Assembly: GCA_963663865.1 (NCBI GenBank)
Contig: OY760686.1
Location: 800,001-864,000, forward strand
Direction of reading: 5' to 3'
From: Spirochaetota bacterium
GTDB lineage: Bacteria > Spirochaetota > UBA4802 > UBA5550
Length of the DNA stretch: 64,000 nt
The position numbers were made by a program, and so were the translations under genes. Shown here one piece after another: positions 28,198 through 37,350 of this stretch. The notes under the pieces were generated by a model that was given only the letters and a program-made list of their open reading frames with translations, did not search any database and had not been told where the DNA came from. Within the stretch, counting starts at the first letter, position 1; every line of letters starts with the position of its first letter.

Positions 28198-29295
28198 ATG
28201 GATAGAGGATCGTACAATACACTAAAACACAACAGGAAGATGAGAATTCTCTTTCTAATTCTGTTCGGCCTTTCCTCGGCCTTGCTGATCTACATATTCA
28301 AGAATTTTCTGTGGCTTTTCGCCTTCTCCTTTATTCTCAGTATGGCGGTGAAGCCAGTCTATGCCCGGATTCTCAGATACGTCCGAAGCCGGAGTCTCAG
28401 CGCTTTTCTCGTGGTCCTTCTTCTAATCGTTGTCTTGATCGTACCCGCGCTGCTTCTCCTTGCCTCCCTCGCTGACCAGTCGTACAGATTCTATGTATAT
28501 CTCCAGAAGCAGATCGAATCGGGCATCTTAGATCAGTTCCAGCAGAATCCTGTTGTCAGGGACATGCTTGACTATTTAAATATAAGCGGAGCCGAGCTTC
28601 TTGAAAAGGGCGCGGCTTTTGCTCAAAATTCGCTTCTCAAAGCAATGGGAGCCATCGCGCCGCTTGTGACATTCCCTGTTTTCCTGATTATCAATGTCTT
28701 TTTCTCGATGCTGGTCGTCTTCTTCCTGCTGAAAGACGGTGAGAAGCTTCCCAATGTCATCTACAGGTTACTTCCCTTTCCTGATAAGCTTGAGAAAGAG
28801 GTTGCAGAGAGGCTTAAGACCGTCATCAAGATACTTCTCGCGGGGAATATATTTATTACCCTGCTGCAGGGACTAATGGTAGGACTCGGCTTTTTTATCG
28901 CCGGCTTCCGCGCTCCGTTGCTATGGGGCAGCATAGCGGGTATTCTCTCGCTGATACCGGTAATAGGCACTACCTTTATATGGGTTCCGGCAGCGGTGTA
29001 TCTGTTCTGTACCGGCTCTTACGGCATGGGACTGTTTTTGTCGGTATGGTGTTTCGTCTGGTATCTTGTTCTCGAAAATCTGGTTAAACCGATAGTCTTT
29101 GGCGGGAAGCTGAAGTTTCATCCCCTTCTGTTTTTTTTCCTTCTGATTGGGAGCCTTCAGGCGTTCAATATTGCCGGAATCCTCATCGGCCCTATAGCAC
29201 TGACGTTCTTCTTTTCCATGTGGGAAATCTATCGTATTCTTGACTTTCAAGGTGGGGGGGATAATGACCTTCCGGAAGAGCCGGCAGACGGGTGA
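28198..29295 (+). CDS. AI-2E family transporter
   Basis: FFLLKDG, LIPVIGT, ENLVKPIVFG, LKFHP, GILIGP motifs. Start moved to ATG 28198, past the terminator. Confidence 0.9.
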   Translation: MDRGSYNTLKHNRKMRILFLILFGLSSALLIYIFKNFLWLFAFSFILSMAVKPVYARILRYVRSRSLSAFLVVLLLIVVLIVPALLLLASLADQSYRFYVYLQKQIESGILDQFQQNPVVRDMLDYLNISGAELLEKGAAFAQNSLLKAMGAIAPLVTFPVFLIINVFFSMLVVFFLLKDGEKLPNVIYRLLPFPDKLEKEVAERLKTVIKILLAGNIFITLLQGLMVGLGFFIAGFRAPLLWGSIAGILSLIPVIGTTFIWVPAAVYLFCTGSYGMGLFLSVWCFVWYLVLENLVKPIVFGGKLKFHPLLFFFLLIGSLQAFNIAGILIGPIALTFFFSMWEIYRILDFQGGGDNDLPEEPADG

Positions 29296-29395
29296 TTTCC
29301 GGATGAGATATTTTTCTTGACGCAGTATGTACTCAATACTAAGTTTATAAGCTGAATATAGATTCTGAAACACAAACACAAGACTGGAAGAGCAA

Positions 29396-30628
29396 ATGAA
29401 AAAATGGGCCATACAGGCTGCAACGGTTGTAGCTGCTGATAAAAAGTTGAAAGAAGCTGCCGTCGTGATTGCTGATGGAATTATCGGGAAGACAGGCAGG
29501 GGCGTTGCTGATGATATCGATATCGTTCTCGACGCTGGCTCGGTTGTTGCTGTTCCGGGGCTTATTAATGCCCATGATCATCTTCTCGGGACATACTTCC
29601 CCAAGGTCGGAAACGGCCCATACGAAAACTGGCTGCCATGGGACAATGACCTCAAGAGTTCCCCGCTTTATCAGGAACGCCAGCAGATTGAGAACAGGGA
29701 CCTCTACCTTCTCGGCGCATATAGAAACCTTGTCTCGGGTGTTACAACAGTAGCAGATCATATACCGCATTTCGTATCGGAACCCTTTGCAGAAATCCTG
29801 CCGGTGAAGACTATCCGCGACTATGGAATGGCCCACTCGCTGGGACAGCTGGCGCTGGCCTGGGGCGGTGATATAGCTTCGGAATACAGGAAATCGGAAG
29901 AAAACAATCTGCCCTTCATTACACACATCGCCGAAGGCTTTGACAATGAGACCAAACAGAACCTGCAGATGCTGAAAAAAGCTGGCGGTCTGGGGCCTAA
30001 TTCAGTGCTCATACACGGAATTGCCTTTTCTCCCTCCGATATGGATGAAATCAAAAAGGCCGGAGCCTCTGTAGTCTGGTGTGGCGATTCAAACATGTTC
30101 ATGTTCAATCACACGACTAATATCGGCCTGCTGCTCGAAAAAGGCATCAATGTATGCATCGGAACAGATTCACCCATGTCCGGCGGGCTCAATATTCTTG
30201 AGGAGGCCCGCTTTGACCGGAAGCTGTTCAAAAAGCTGACCGGCAAAGAGCTGCCTGACTCAAAGATTTTGCAGATGATTACTGAAAACCCCGCGCACGC
30301 GCTCAAGCTTGACGGGGCTGGAGCTCTGAAGGAAGGCAATGTTGCCGACCTGGCACTTTTCCGTGACAAAGGCGGGAGTCCGGAAAGCTCTGTTGTGGAT
30401 GCCGGCCTCAGGGACGTCATGCTCGTTGTTATAGATGGAAACCCAGTCTATGGCGATGCTTCATACGCGGGACTATTTGACGCGCTTGGAATCAAATATC
30501 AGAATATTGTTCTGGATGATGCGGAGAAGATCGTTGCAGGCGACATTATCGGCCTGCTGAAGCGGATTAGCAGAGCAGTTGGTTTCAAGAAGACTTTTCC
30601 GTTTTTGCCGGTAGAGTTTAATATTTAG
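29396..30628 (+). CDS. Metal-dependent amidohydrolase (nucleoside deaminase-like)
   Basis: PGLINAHDH, THIAEG (HxxE), LIHG, IGTDS, ADLALF. Confidence 0.88.
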   Translation: MKKWAIQAATVVAADKKLKEAAVVIADGIIGKTGRGVADDIDIVLDAGSVVAVPGLINAHDHLLGTYFPKVGNGPYENWLPWDNDLKSSPLYQERQQIENRDLYLLGAYRNLVSGVTTVADHIPHFVSEPFAEILPVKTIRDYGMAHSLGQLALAWGGDIASEYRKSEENNLPFITHIAEGFDNETKQNLQMLKKAGGLGPNSVLIHGIAFSPSDMDEIKKAGASVVWCGDSNMFMFNHTTNIGLLLEKGINVCIGTDSPMSGGLNILEEARFDRKLFKKLTGKELPDSKILQMITENPAHALKLDGAGALKEGNVADLALFRDKGGSPESSVVDAGLRDVMLVVIDGNPVYGDASYAGLFDALGIKYQNIVLDDAEKIVAGDIIGLLKRISRAVGFKKTFPFLPVEFNI

Positions 30629-30672
30629 TATCTGGGAAGGGATCGATGGCTGGAGCAGCATCAGGCGGAATA

Positions 30673-31809
30673 ATGTCGAGGACGTACAAGTCGGGATCAA
30701 TAATCTATTTCGACGGCGACAAGAGTGAGTATATATATATCCTCAAGTCCGGCAGAGTCATTCTCACCTCAATCAATCTCAATACCGGAGAAGAGGTAAA
30801 GGAAGATGTCCGAATCGGCGAGTTCTTCGGTGTTAAGTCTGCTCTGGGTAAATATCCGAGAGAGGAGACAGCACAGACAATCGGGGAAACGGCTGTTCTG
30901 GTACTGACAATGTCAGATTTCGAGCGCCTCATCCTTAAAAATGTGAATATTGTCAGAAAGATGTTGAGTGTTTTTAGCAATCAGCTAAGAAGAATACACA
31001 AGAATGTCCGTTCCGCTCTCGGAGAAACAGAGACTATTAATCCAGGAACAGAGCTTTTCCGCATCGGCGAGCATTACTACAAGTCCGGGGTGAGCCATCA
31101 GGCTTTATACGCGTTCAAGAAGTATATGGAGTATTACGCTGACGGACAGCACGCGGATTCAGCGATGCAGTGCATAAGGTCAATAAATTCCGGGGATATC
31201 GGCGGTTCAGACTTCTATGCACCTCCATCCCCGGAACAGCAGTCCGAGCCGGGAGGCAGCTTTCTGGGAGACTTTAATCCTTCTGATGACGATTTTACTG
31301 TGGAGACATCAGCTGGCGGAGCCGATTCATCCGATTCCATTTCGAGTGAAATGGATGATTTTTTTACCGACGGTTCATCTCTGTCCGAGCTTGAGGATTT
31401 CAGCTTTGATGATTTTGGAGCCGGACGGGATGACAAAGGCCCGCTCGAAAAGGGAGATGAGCTTTTTGACCGCCAGAAGTTCGCCGAGGCGCTCCACAGC
31501 TATCAGGAGTTCCTGAGCAGCTCCGACGGCACCGACAACGGGAAGCTTGCGTATGCTAATCTCAGGGCGGGGAGATGCAATGTCCGTCTGGGCCAGCCGA
31601 AAAACGCCATGGAATTCTTCAGCGTTGTTGTGAAGAAATATCCGCAGGAGAAGGCCGCAAAGGAAGCATTCTTCGAAGTGGGGGGGCTTTTTGAGTCAGC
31701 CCGCCAGAATGACAGGGCGCTTTCATACTACAGGAAGGTCGTTACTATACAGCCGTCTGATGACATAACAGAGAAAGCGCAGAAAAAAATCCGCGATCTT
31801 CAGGGATAA
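30673..31809 (+). CDS. Cyclic-nucleotide-binding domain plus TPR protein
   Basis: N-terminal cNMP domain (YILKSGRV, GEFFG..PREETA), TPR, acidic linker, C-terminal TPRs. ATG 30646 is an alternative start. Confidence 0.85.
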   Translation: MSRTYKSGSIIYFDGDKSEYIYILKSGRVILTSINLNTGEEVKEDVRIGEFFGVKSALGKYPREETAQTIGETAVLVLTMSDFERLILKNVNIVRKMLSVFSNQLRRIHKNVRSALGETETINPGTELFRIGEHYYKSGVSHQALYAFKKYMEYYADGQHADSAMQCIRSINSGDIGGSDFYAPPSPEQQSEPGGSFLGDFNPSDDDFTVETSAGGADSSDSISSEMDDFFTDGSSLSELEDFSFDDFGAGRDDKGPLEKGDELFDRQKFAEALHSYQEFLSSSDGTDNGKLAYANLRAGRCNVRLGQPKNAMEFFSVVVKKYPQEKAAKEAFFEVGGLFESARQNDRALSYYRKVVTIQPSDDITEKAQKKIRDLQG

Positions 31810-31815
31810 CACGAT

Positions 31816-32466
31816 ATGAGTATGATTCTCGATGACAATTTTTTTGAACGGTTCGGCGTTGAGTATGCTCCGAACGAGATAATTTTCTGCGAATATGAGC
31901 CTGGAAACGAGTTTTACTTTATACAAAGCGGAAGAGTGAAAATAGTCAAGCTCATTAACGACAGAGAGAAGACCCTTGATGTTATGGGGCCCGGCGATGT
32001 TTTCGGGGAGATGAGTATTCTTGAAGAGGAACCAAGATCCGCTACTGCTATAACAATGGACCGAGTCAAGCTCCTGCGGTTTCACAGGGATAACTTTGAT
32101 GCTCTTTTGCAGGGAAACCCTCAGCTTGCCTACAAGCTTTTGCTGATATTTTCAAAAAGGATCTATGATGCCAAGAGGAGGCTCATGATTCTCCTGCTTG
32201 AGGAGCCTCAGCTTAAGGTAATAGATGTGCTTGTCATGCTCGCGGAGCAGGACCCGCATCTTGACCTTCAGAACGAGATTGTCCTTCCTGTCACTACACC
32301 CCAGGTCGCCAGCTGGGCCGGTATGGTGCTTACTGAGACCGAAAAGCAGCTTAATCATCTGCACCAGCTTGACAAGATACAGCTATATGCAGATAGAATT
32401 GTGGTAAGGAATATCAGGGATTTTCAGAGGATCGTTTCTTCAAAAAGAAAGAACATGTATTCCTGA
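31816..32466 (+). CDS. Crp/Fnr-family cNMP-binding regulator
   Basis: FYFIQSGRVKI, GDVFGEMSILEEEPRSATA, C-terminal HTH-like region. Confidence 0.88.
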   Translation: MSMILDDNFFERFGVEYAPNEIIFCEYEPGNEFYFIQSGRVKIVKLINDREKTLDVMGPGDVFGEMSILEEEPRSATAITMDRVKLLRFHRDNFDALLQGNPQLAYKLLLIFSKRIYDAKRRLMILLLEEPQLKVIDVLVMLAEQDPHLDLQNEIVLPVTTPQVASWAGMVLTETEKQLNHLHQLDKIQLYADRIVVRNIRDFQRIVSSKRKNMYS

Positions 32467-32574
32467 TAAGCCTGCCTGTTTGATAAAATCATATGTCATC
32501 GAAATTGAGTAATTTTTTTGTTGATAAAAAAAGCCCCGTTTTTATCCTGTAACAGCCTTTGTTAGAGGCATATT

Positions 32575-32648
32575 GCTCCCGTAGCTCAGGTGGATAGAGC
32601 AGTGGTTTCCTAAACCATGTGCCGGTGGTTCGAGTCCTCCCGGGAGCG
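32575..32648 (+). tRNA. tRNA-Arg(CCT)
   Basis: Cloverleaf with acceptor GCTCCCG/CGGGAGC, anticodon loop TTCCTAA, TTCGAGT T-loop. One T-T mismatch in the T stem. CCA not encoded. Confidence 0.93.
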
Positions 32649-32753
32649 CAGTTTATAACCTTCCAGGGCCATTTCGAAGCGCCCTTACGGCCTCTGCCCG
32701 GCAGGGATTATCGAAGCGGTAGAGGCCGCTTATTTTTTTATCCGGAGAACAGG

Positions 32754-33824
32754 ATGCTCAGCAAACTCGAAAAAATTAATGAAAGGTTCCGCTCGCTTGA
32801 AAATCAGATGAGCAACCCTGATCTTGTATCCGATCAAAACCTTTTCAGAGAGATAAGCCGTGAACATGCCCAGCTAAGTCCAGTCATTGCAAACTACGAG
32901 GACTTCAAGAAGAAAAAAAGCCAGCTTGCCGATTCAACCGCGCTTCTGCAGACCGAAACCGATTCCGAGATGAGGGCGCTTCTTCAGGAGGATGTCAGGG
33001 GGCTGCAAAGAGCAATCGAAGCGCTTGAAGAGACTATGCTTGTTCAGCTGCTGCCGAAAGATCCCGGGTCCGGAAAAGATGTAATCGTGGAAATAAGGGC
33101 GGGAACCGGAGGCGAGGAAGCCGCTCTTTTTGCGGCTGACCTTTTCAGGATGTACAGCCGTTATGCTGACATCAAGGGATGGAAACTCGAGTTTATCGAT
33201 GGAAGCATAACTGAGATTGGCGGATATAAAGAGGTAACGTTTTCACTGAGGAGCCCCGAGGCCTATGACTCCATGAAGTACGAGTCTGGCGGGCACAGGG
33301 TGCAGCGTGTTCCTACAACCGAGTCCGGCGGGCGAATACACACATCGGCCGTTACAGTTGCCGTTTTGCCTGAAGCAGAAGAGCGCGATGTAGTGATTGA
33401 TCCCAACGAGATAAGGGTTGATGTCTACCGTTCATCCGGGCATGGAGGGCAGTCGGTAAACACGACCGATTCGGCGGTCAGGATTACGCACATTCCAACC
33501 GGTATGGTCGTAACGTGCCAGGACGAGAAATCTCAGCTTAAAAACAGGGCGAAGGCGCTCAGGGTACTCAGGGCAAGGCTCTACGAAAAAGAGATGCAGG
33601 AAGCCATGTCGAAGGAATCGGCGATGAGAAAGGCCCAGATCGGTTCCGGCGACAGAAGCGAGAGGATTAGAACTTATAACTTCCCTCAGTCCAGGGTGAC
33701 GGATCACCGGATAGGTCTTACACTTTATAATCTTGAGCAGTTCCTCGAAGGTTACATGGATGATGTAATTGAAGCTTTGAAGAAAAATGAGATTGAGCTG
33801 CTTCTTAAGGAAATGAACGGGTAG
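32754..33824 (+). CDS. prfA: Peptide chain release factor 1
   Basis: EIRAGTGGEEAALF, HRVQRVPTTE (PxT), GGQ. Start ATG 32754 with GGAG; the track's longer start runs into the tRNA. Confidence 0.96.
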   Translation: MLSKLEKINERFRSLENQMSNPDLVSDQNLFREISREHAQLSPVIANYEDFKKKKSQLADSTALLQTETDSEMRALLQEDVRGLQRAIEALEETMLVQLLPKDPGSGKDVIVEIRAGTGGEEAALFAADLFRMYSRYADIKGWKLEFIDGSITEIGGYKEVTFSLRSPEAYDSMKYESGGHRVQRVPTTESGGRIHTSAVTVAVLPEAEERDVVIDPNEIRVDVYRSSGHGGQSVNTTDSAVRITHIPTGMVVTCQDEKSQLKNRAKALRVLRARLYEKEMQEAMSKESAMRKAQIGSGDRSERIRTYNFPQSRVTDHRIGLTLYNLEQFLEGYMDDVIEALKKNEIELLLKEMNG

Positions 33825-34673
33825 GTGTGTTTGAAAAACGGAGAATTTCTGCGTAAATCGATTGCGGCTCTCGCTGAGGCAGGCGTACCCAACCCCAATC
33901 TCGACGCCCAGGTCCTCATGGCGGCTGCGGCCGGTGTTGAGCCATACAGACTTGTTGTCGATTCCGATAAGGAGCTTCATCCTGATATCTGCCTGACGGC
34001 GCAGGGTTACATCGAAAGGCGCTGCAAATTCGAACCTGTAGCTTACATAACGGGCAGAAAGGAATTCTATTCACTGGAGTTCAGAGTCGATAAAAACGTT
34101 CTAATCCCCCGCCCGGAAACAGAGCTCCTTGTGGATATGGGCATATTCTACGCGCCCCAGAGCGGATCAGTGCTGGACCTTTGTACCGGCTCAGGAATAA
34201 TCGCGGTTGCCCTGAAGTACAGCAGGAGCGATCTGAAGGTTACAGCCTCTGATATATACGGTGAAGCGTTAAGTGTCGCACGGACTAATGCCGGGGAAAT
34301 TGCCGGCGGCGGAATAGAGTTTATCCAGTCAGACCTTTTCGCCGCGATGGCCGGACGAAAGTTCGATCTTATAATTTCAAATCCGCCCTATGTCAGTATG
34401 GATGATATGGATTCACTTGCTCCCGACCTTGCCTTTGAACCGCGTAATGCCCTTTGCTGTGAAGACGGAGGATTCTCTGTTATCGAAAGAATCCTTTCAG
34501 AGGCATCTTCACACTTAAATGAGGGGGGGATATTGCTCCTTGAGATAGGAGACCCTCTGAAAAACAGAATAAAGGAAGCCGCCCCTCTGCACGGATTCAG
34601 CGTTACAATACTCAATGATCATGCGGGACTGGCGAGGGTCGCGACCTGCAGAATGGCTGACGGCGAGGACTGA
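33825..34673 (+). CDS. prmC: Release factor glutamine methyltransferase
   Basis: EPVAYITG, VLIPRPETE, LDLCTGSG, NPPY. Follows prfA. Confidence 0.93.
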   Translation: MCLKNGEFLRKSIAALAEAGVPNPNLDAQVLMAAAAGVEPYRLVVDSDKELHPDICLTAQGYIERRCKFEPVAYITGRKEFYSLEFRVDKNVLIPRPETELLVDMGIFYAPQSGSVLDLCTGSGIIAVALKYSRSDLKVTASDIYGEALSVARTNAGEIAGGGIEFIQSDLFAAMAGRKFDLIISNPPYVSMDDMDSLAPDLAFEPRNALCCEDGGFSVIERILSEASSHLNEGGILLLEIGDPLKNRIKEAAPLHGFSVTILNDHAGLARVATCRMADGED

Positions 34674-34674
34674 A

Positions 34675-36015
34675 ATGAGCATTCTGAGGGAACTGTTCCG
34701 TAAAATGGCGCCCTTCAGCGCGGTACTTCTTCTTCTCTTTTTAATAAATGCTGTATTCAACCTTAACTATCGCTGGGAAGGGATATCCTTTATTGTCAGG
34801 GTTTATCTTTTTCTGTATTCTTTTTATGCCGTTTACATAATCGCATTTCTGGATATTGACGCCCTTCAGCAGGAGTATACAATCAGGTTTGGCCGTTCCG
34901 GAATACACCGGCTATTTTTGGCTGCGAGGGTAGCGCCTTTCGCGGTGCTGTATCTGATTACCATAATTTTTACATTCATAACTTATCTGGGTTCGCAATC
35001 ATCAGGCTGGTTTGTTGATTCCATGCTTGACGTTCTAAACGGCAAATTCAGCAATACAATAATATACTCTCTGCTTCTTCTAATCATATTGAAGATCAAG
35101 AAAGACCCTCAAATAACGATTCCAATTTTCCTGGCAAGTTCTTCGGTTTATCTGTTTTTAATGGATAAGTTTCTTTATAACTACTTTGGTTCGGGGGCTG
35201 CTGTATCAATTATAAAGATGATCAAGTATGCGATTTTTTTCTACTTCTTCGTTTTTGAGTTCTACTACAAGAGAAAGAGCCTCTGGAAACCCGTAATTCC
35301 TGCGGTCATGCTTGGTTTTGTAATACATTTTGTCGTCTCTGGGATTTTTGCGGCATTCTTCAAATTTGCCCCTTTCAGTTCGACGGCTCAGATGAAGGCT
35401 GCGGACATTTTAATGCACACAGGCTTTTCCTATCCCCGTGCAACCGTTGTTAAGGCGGTTATCGAAAATCCGGATTCTGATAATGTAGAAATGCTGCTCC
35501 TTTATTCCGAAGTCTATAAAAAAAAGATTCCATATACAACATCTCAATGGGAATTTCTTGTTGATTCATCAGAAACAGAGGTTTTTGGGAAACTAATCTC
35601 GTACTTAAAAAAGAACGAAATCTATCTTTCTTATGATTTTCTTTCTAATTATGTAATTACTCAAATAGAGAAGACCGGGGTCGAATTCGGCAATACCGAC
35701 GAATTTACTGAGTATTTTGCTGAAGTCAGCAGCGAAGAGCCAGAAAGGTTCTTCTCCGCCTTTGAAAGCGGTTCAATGCCTTTTAAACTCTGGGGGGTCA
35801 GGGTTTTTGAATACATGAGCGACCTCAGGGCCGTCCCGCTTCTCATTGAACATCTTACCAGCATTGACGAAGAGTTGTCTATAAGGACTTATTCTGTTTT
35901 AAAAACCATTACAGGCCTTGATCCGGCCCATAAAAGTAACTTTCACCCCAATCATCCGGAAGTGGTTAAAAGCTTCAACAGGTTTTATCTGGACTCTCGC
36001 ACAGGGAATAAATAG
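34675..36015 (+). CDS. Hypothetical membrane protein with C-terminal HEAT-like helices
   Basis: About 7 TM segments, then a helical domain (RAVPLLIEHL...LKTITG). Confidence 0.7.
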   Translation: MSILRELFRKMAPFSAVLLLLFLINAVFNLNYRWEGISFIVRVYLFLYSFYAVYIIAFLDIDALQQEYTIRFGRSGIHRLFLAARVAPFAVLYLITIIFTFITYLGSQSSGWFVDSMLDVLNGKFSNTIIYSLLLLIILKIKKDPQITIPIFLASSSVYLFLMDKFLYNYFGSGAAVSIIKMIKYAIFFYFFVFEFYYKRKSLWKPVIPAVMLGFVIHFVVSGIFAAFFKFAPFSSTAQMKAADILMHTGFSYPRATVVKAVIENPDSDNVEMLLLYSEVYKKKIPYTTSQWEFLVDSSETEVFGKLISYLKKNEIYLSYDFLSNYVITQIEKTGVEFGNTDEFTEYFAEVSSEEPERFFSAFESGSMPFKLWGVRVFEYMSDLRAVPLLIEHLTSIDEELSIRTYSVLKTITGLDPAHKSNFHPNHPEVVKSFNRFYLDSRTGNK

Positions 36016-36607
36016 GGCAGATGCCGCAGACGGGATTTCGAGCCTTGCAAATATCTCTTCCGTGACGAATAAGGAGGAGGTGAACGTTCTTCCAGAGCCT
36101 GTCAGGAACTATTTTCATGAGAGCGTTTTCCGCCTTAAGCGGATCTGCTGAATCTGTATACCCAAGACGGAACGCCAACCTCATTACATGGGTATCGACA
36201 GGCATCGCTGGAATTCCAAAGCCTACAGATAACACTACGTTTGCTGTCTTGCGTCCAACTCCCGGAAGAGAAGTCAGGCTCTTAAAATCCGGAGGAACCA
36301 TACCTCCGAAGTCATTCTCCACCTTTGCGGCGAGAGCGACAATGTTTGCCGCCTTGTTCCTGTAAAAACCGGTAGGTCTTACGATGTTTTCAACGTCTGC
36401 TATGCTGGCCCCTGCAAGCGACCTGAAGTCAGGGTACTTTTTAAAAAGCTTACCGGTAACCGAGTTGACCTGTCTATCAGTAGTTTGAGCTGAAAGAACA
36501 ACGGAGATAATCAGCTCGTAGATGTTGCTGAATATCAGATCCGGATTGACATGGCCGTAATGGCCGCTCAGGGCCGAGATGATTTTGTCTGAAGTTTCAA
36601 CGTTCAT
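35975..36607 (-). CDS. nth: Endonuclease III
   Basis: LSAQTTD, HhH LPGVGRKTANVV, VDTHV, CKARNPVCGICPIYSLC. Confidence 0.95.
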   Translation of the reverse strand: MNVETSDKIISALSGHYGHVNPDLIFSNIYELIISVVLSAQTTDRQVNSVTGKLFKKYPDFRSLAGASIADVENIVRPTGFYRNKAANIVALAAKVENDFGGMVPPDFKSLTSLPGVGRKTANVVLSVGFGIPAMPVDTHVMRLAFRLGYTDSADPLKAENALMKIVPDRLWKNVHLLLIRHGRDICKARNPVCGICPIYSLCESPDKTC

Positions 36608-37199
36608 CGGCTAAAGCTAATATCATGGGCAGGGCCTTCCTCAGGGCTGCGGCGCGATGACTTATTGTATTTTTAATATCCGGGTTCAATTCAGCCATGG
36701 TAGCATTGTATTCTTTTACAAAAAAGACCGGATCGTAGCCGAAACCGTTATTCCCTGACGGGACAAGGGTTATTTCTCCTTCACATTCGCCTCTTGCAGT
36801 TTGGACAGCCCCATCTGGAGATACTACCGCAATGCAGCAGACAAAGCGGGCTGATCTATTTACCGAGTCTTTCATTTCTTCCAGAAGCAGTCTGCAGCGG
36901 CCCTCATCATTGAGATCACTGCCTCCGTATCTTGCGGAGTAAACACCGGGACGCCCTCCAAGTGCGTCTACGCTCAGCCCGGAGTCGTCAGCAATAGTTA
37001 ACAATCTGCTGTGGCTCCATAGAGCTTGAGCTTTTTTAACCGCGTTTTCCTCAAAAGTTGCTCCGTCTTCAACAACATCAGGCGGGTTTGCAAGATCGGA
37101 AATTGAGAGAACATTAAATCGTTTTTCAGGTGAAGCGGATAAAATGGATGTGATTTCTTCGATTTTTTTCCGGTTCCCGGTAGCAATCAGTATATCCAC
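36597..37199 (-). CDS. rdgB: Non-canonical purine NTP pyrophosphatase (RdgB/HAM1)
   Basis: ATGNRKK, ADDSGL, PGVYSARY, GFGYDPVF, SHR. GTG start with SD AAGGAG. Confidence 0.94.
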   Translation of the reverse strand: MDILIATGNRKKIEEITSILSASPEKRFNVLSISDLANPPDVVEDGATFEENAVKKAQALWSHSRLLTIADDSGLSVDALGGRPGVYSARYGGSDLNDEGRCRLLLEEMKDSVNRSARFVCCIAVVSPDGAVQTARGECEGEITLVPSGNNGFGYDPVFFVKEYNATMAELNPDIKNTISHRAAALRKALPMILALADER

Positions 37200-37350
37200 A
37201 GATACTCCTTTTATGAGTGTAAGACGCAAACGTTGTTGTAAAATGGCACATCTGCTGAAAAACAGATTGATTTAATCGGTCAAATCAATCAATAATAATT
37301 TAGGGTTATGTGAATCCGTTTTGATGCGGTGATAATCAAGGGTTGGTGAT

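Noticed and set aside
32619-32753. N-terminal extension of RF1 in the ORF track
   Set aside because: Overlaps tRNA-Arg and its downstream hairpin. ATG 32754 has an SD and gives a normal RF1 length.
32575-32760. tRNA-Arg as an integration site
   Set aside because: No integrase or duplicated tRNA 3' end was seen, and core genes follow directly.
37244-37259. Sigma54-like TGGCAC upstream of the PAS-GAF kinase
   Set aside because: The -12 position reads GA rather than GC at the required spacing.
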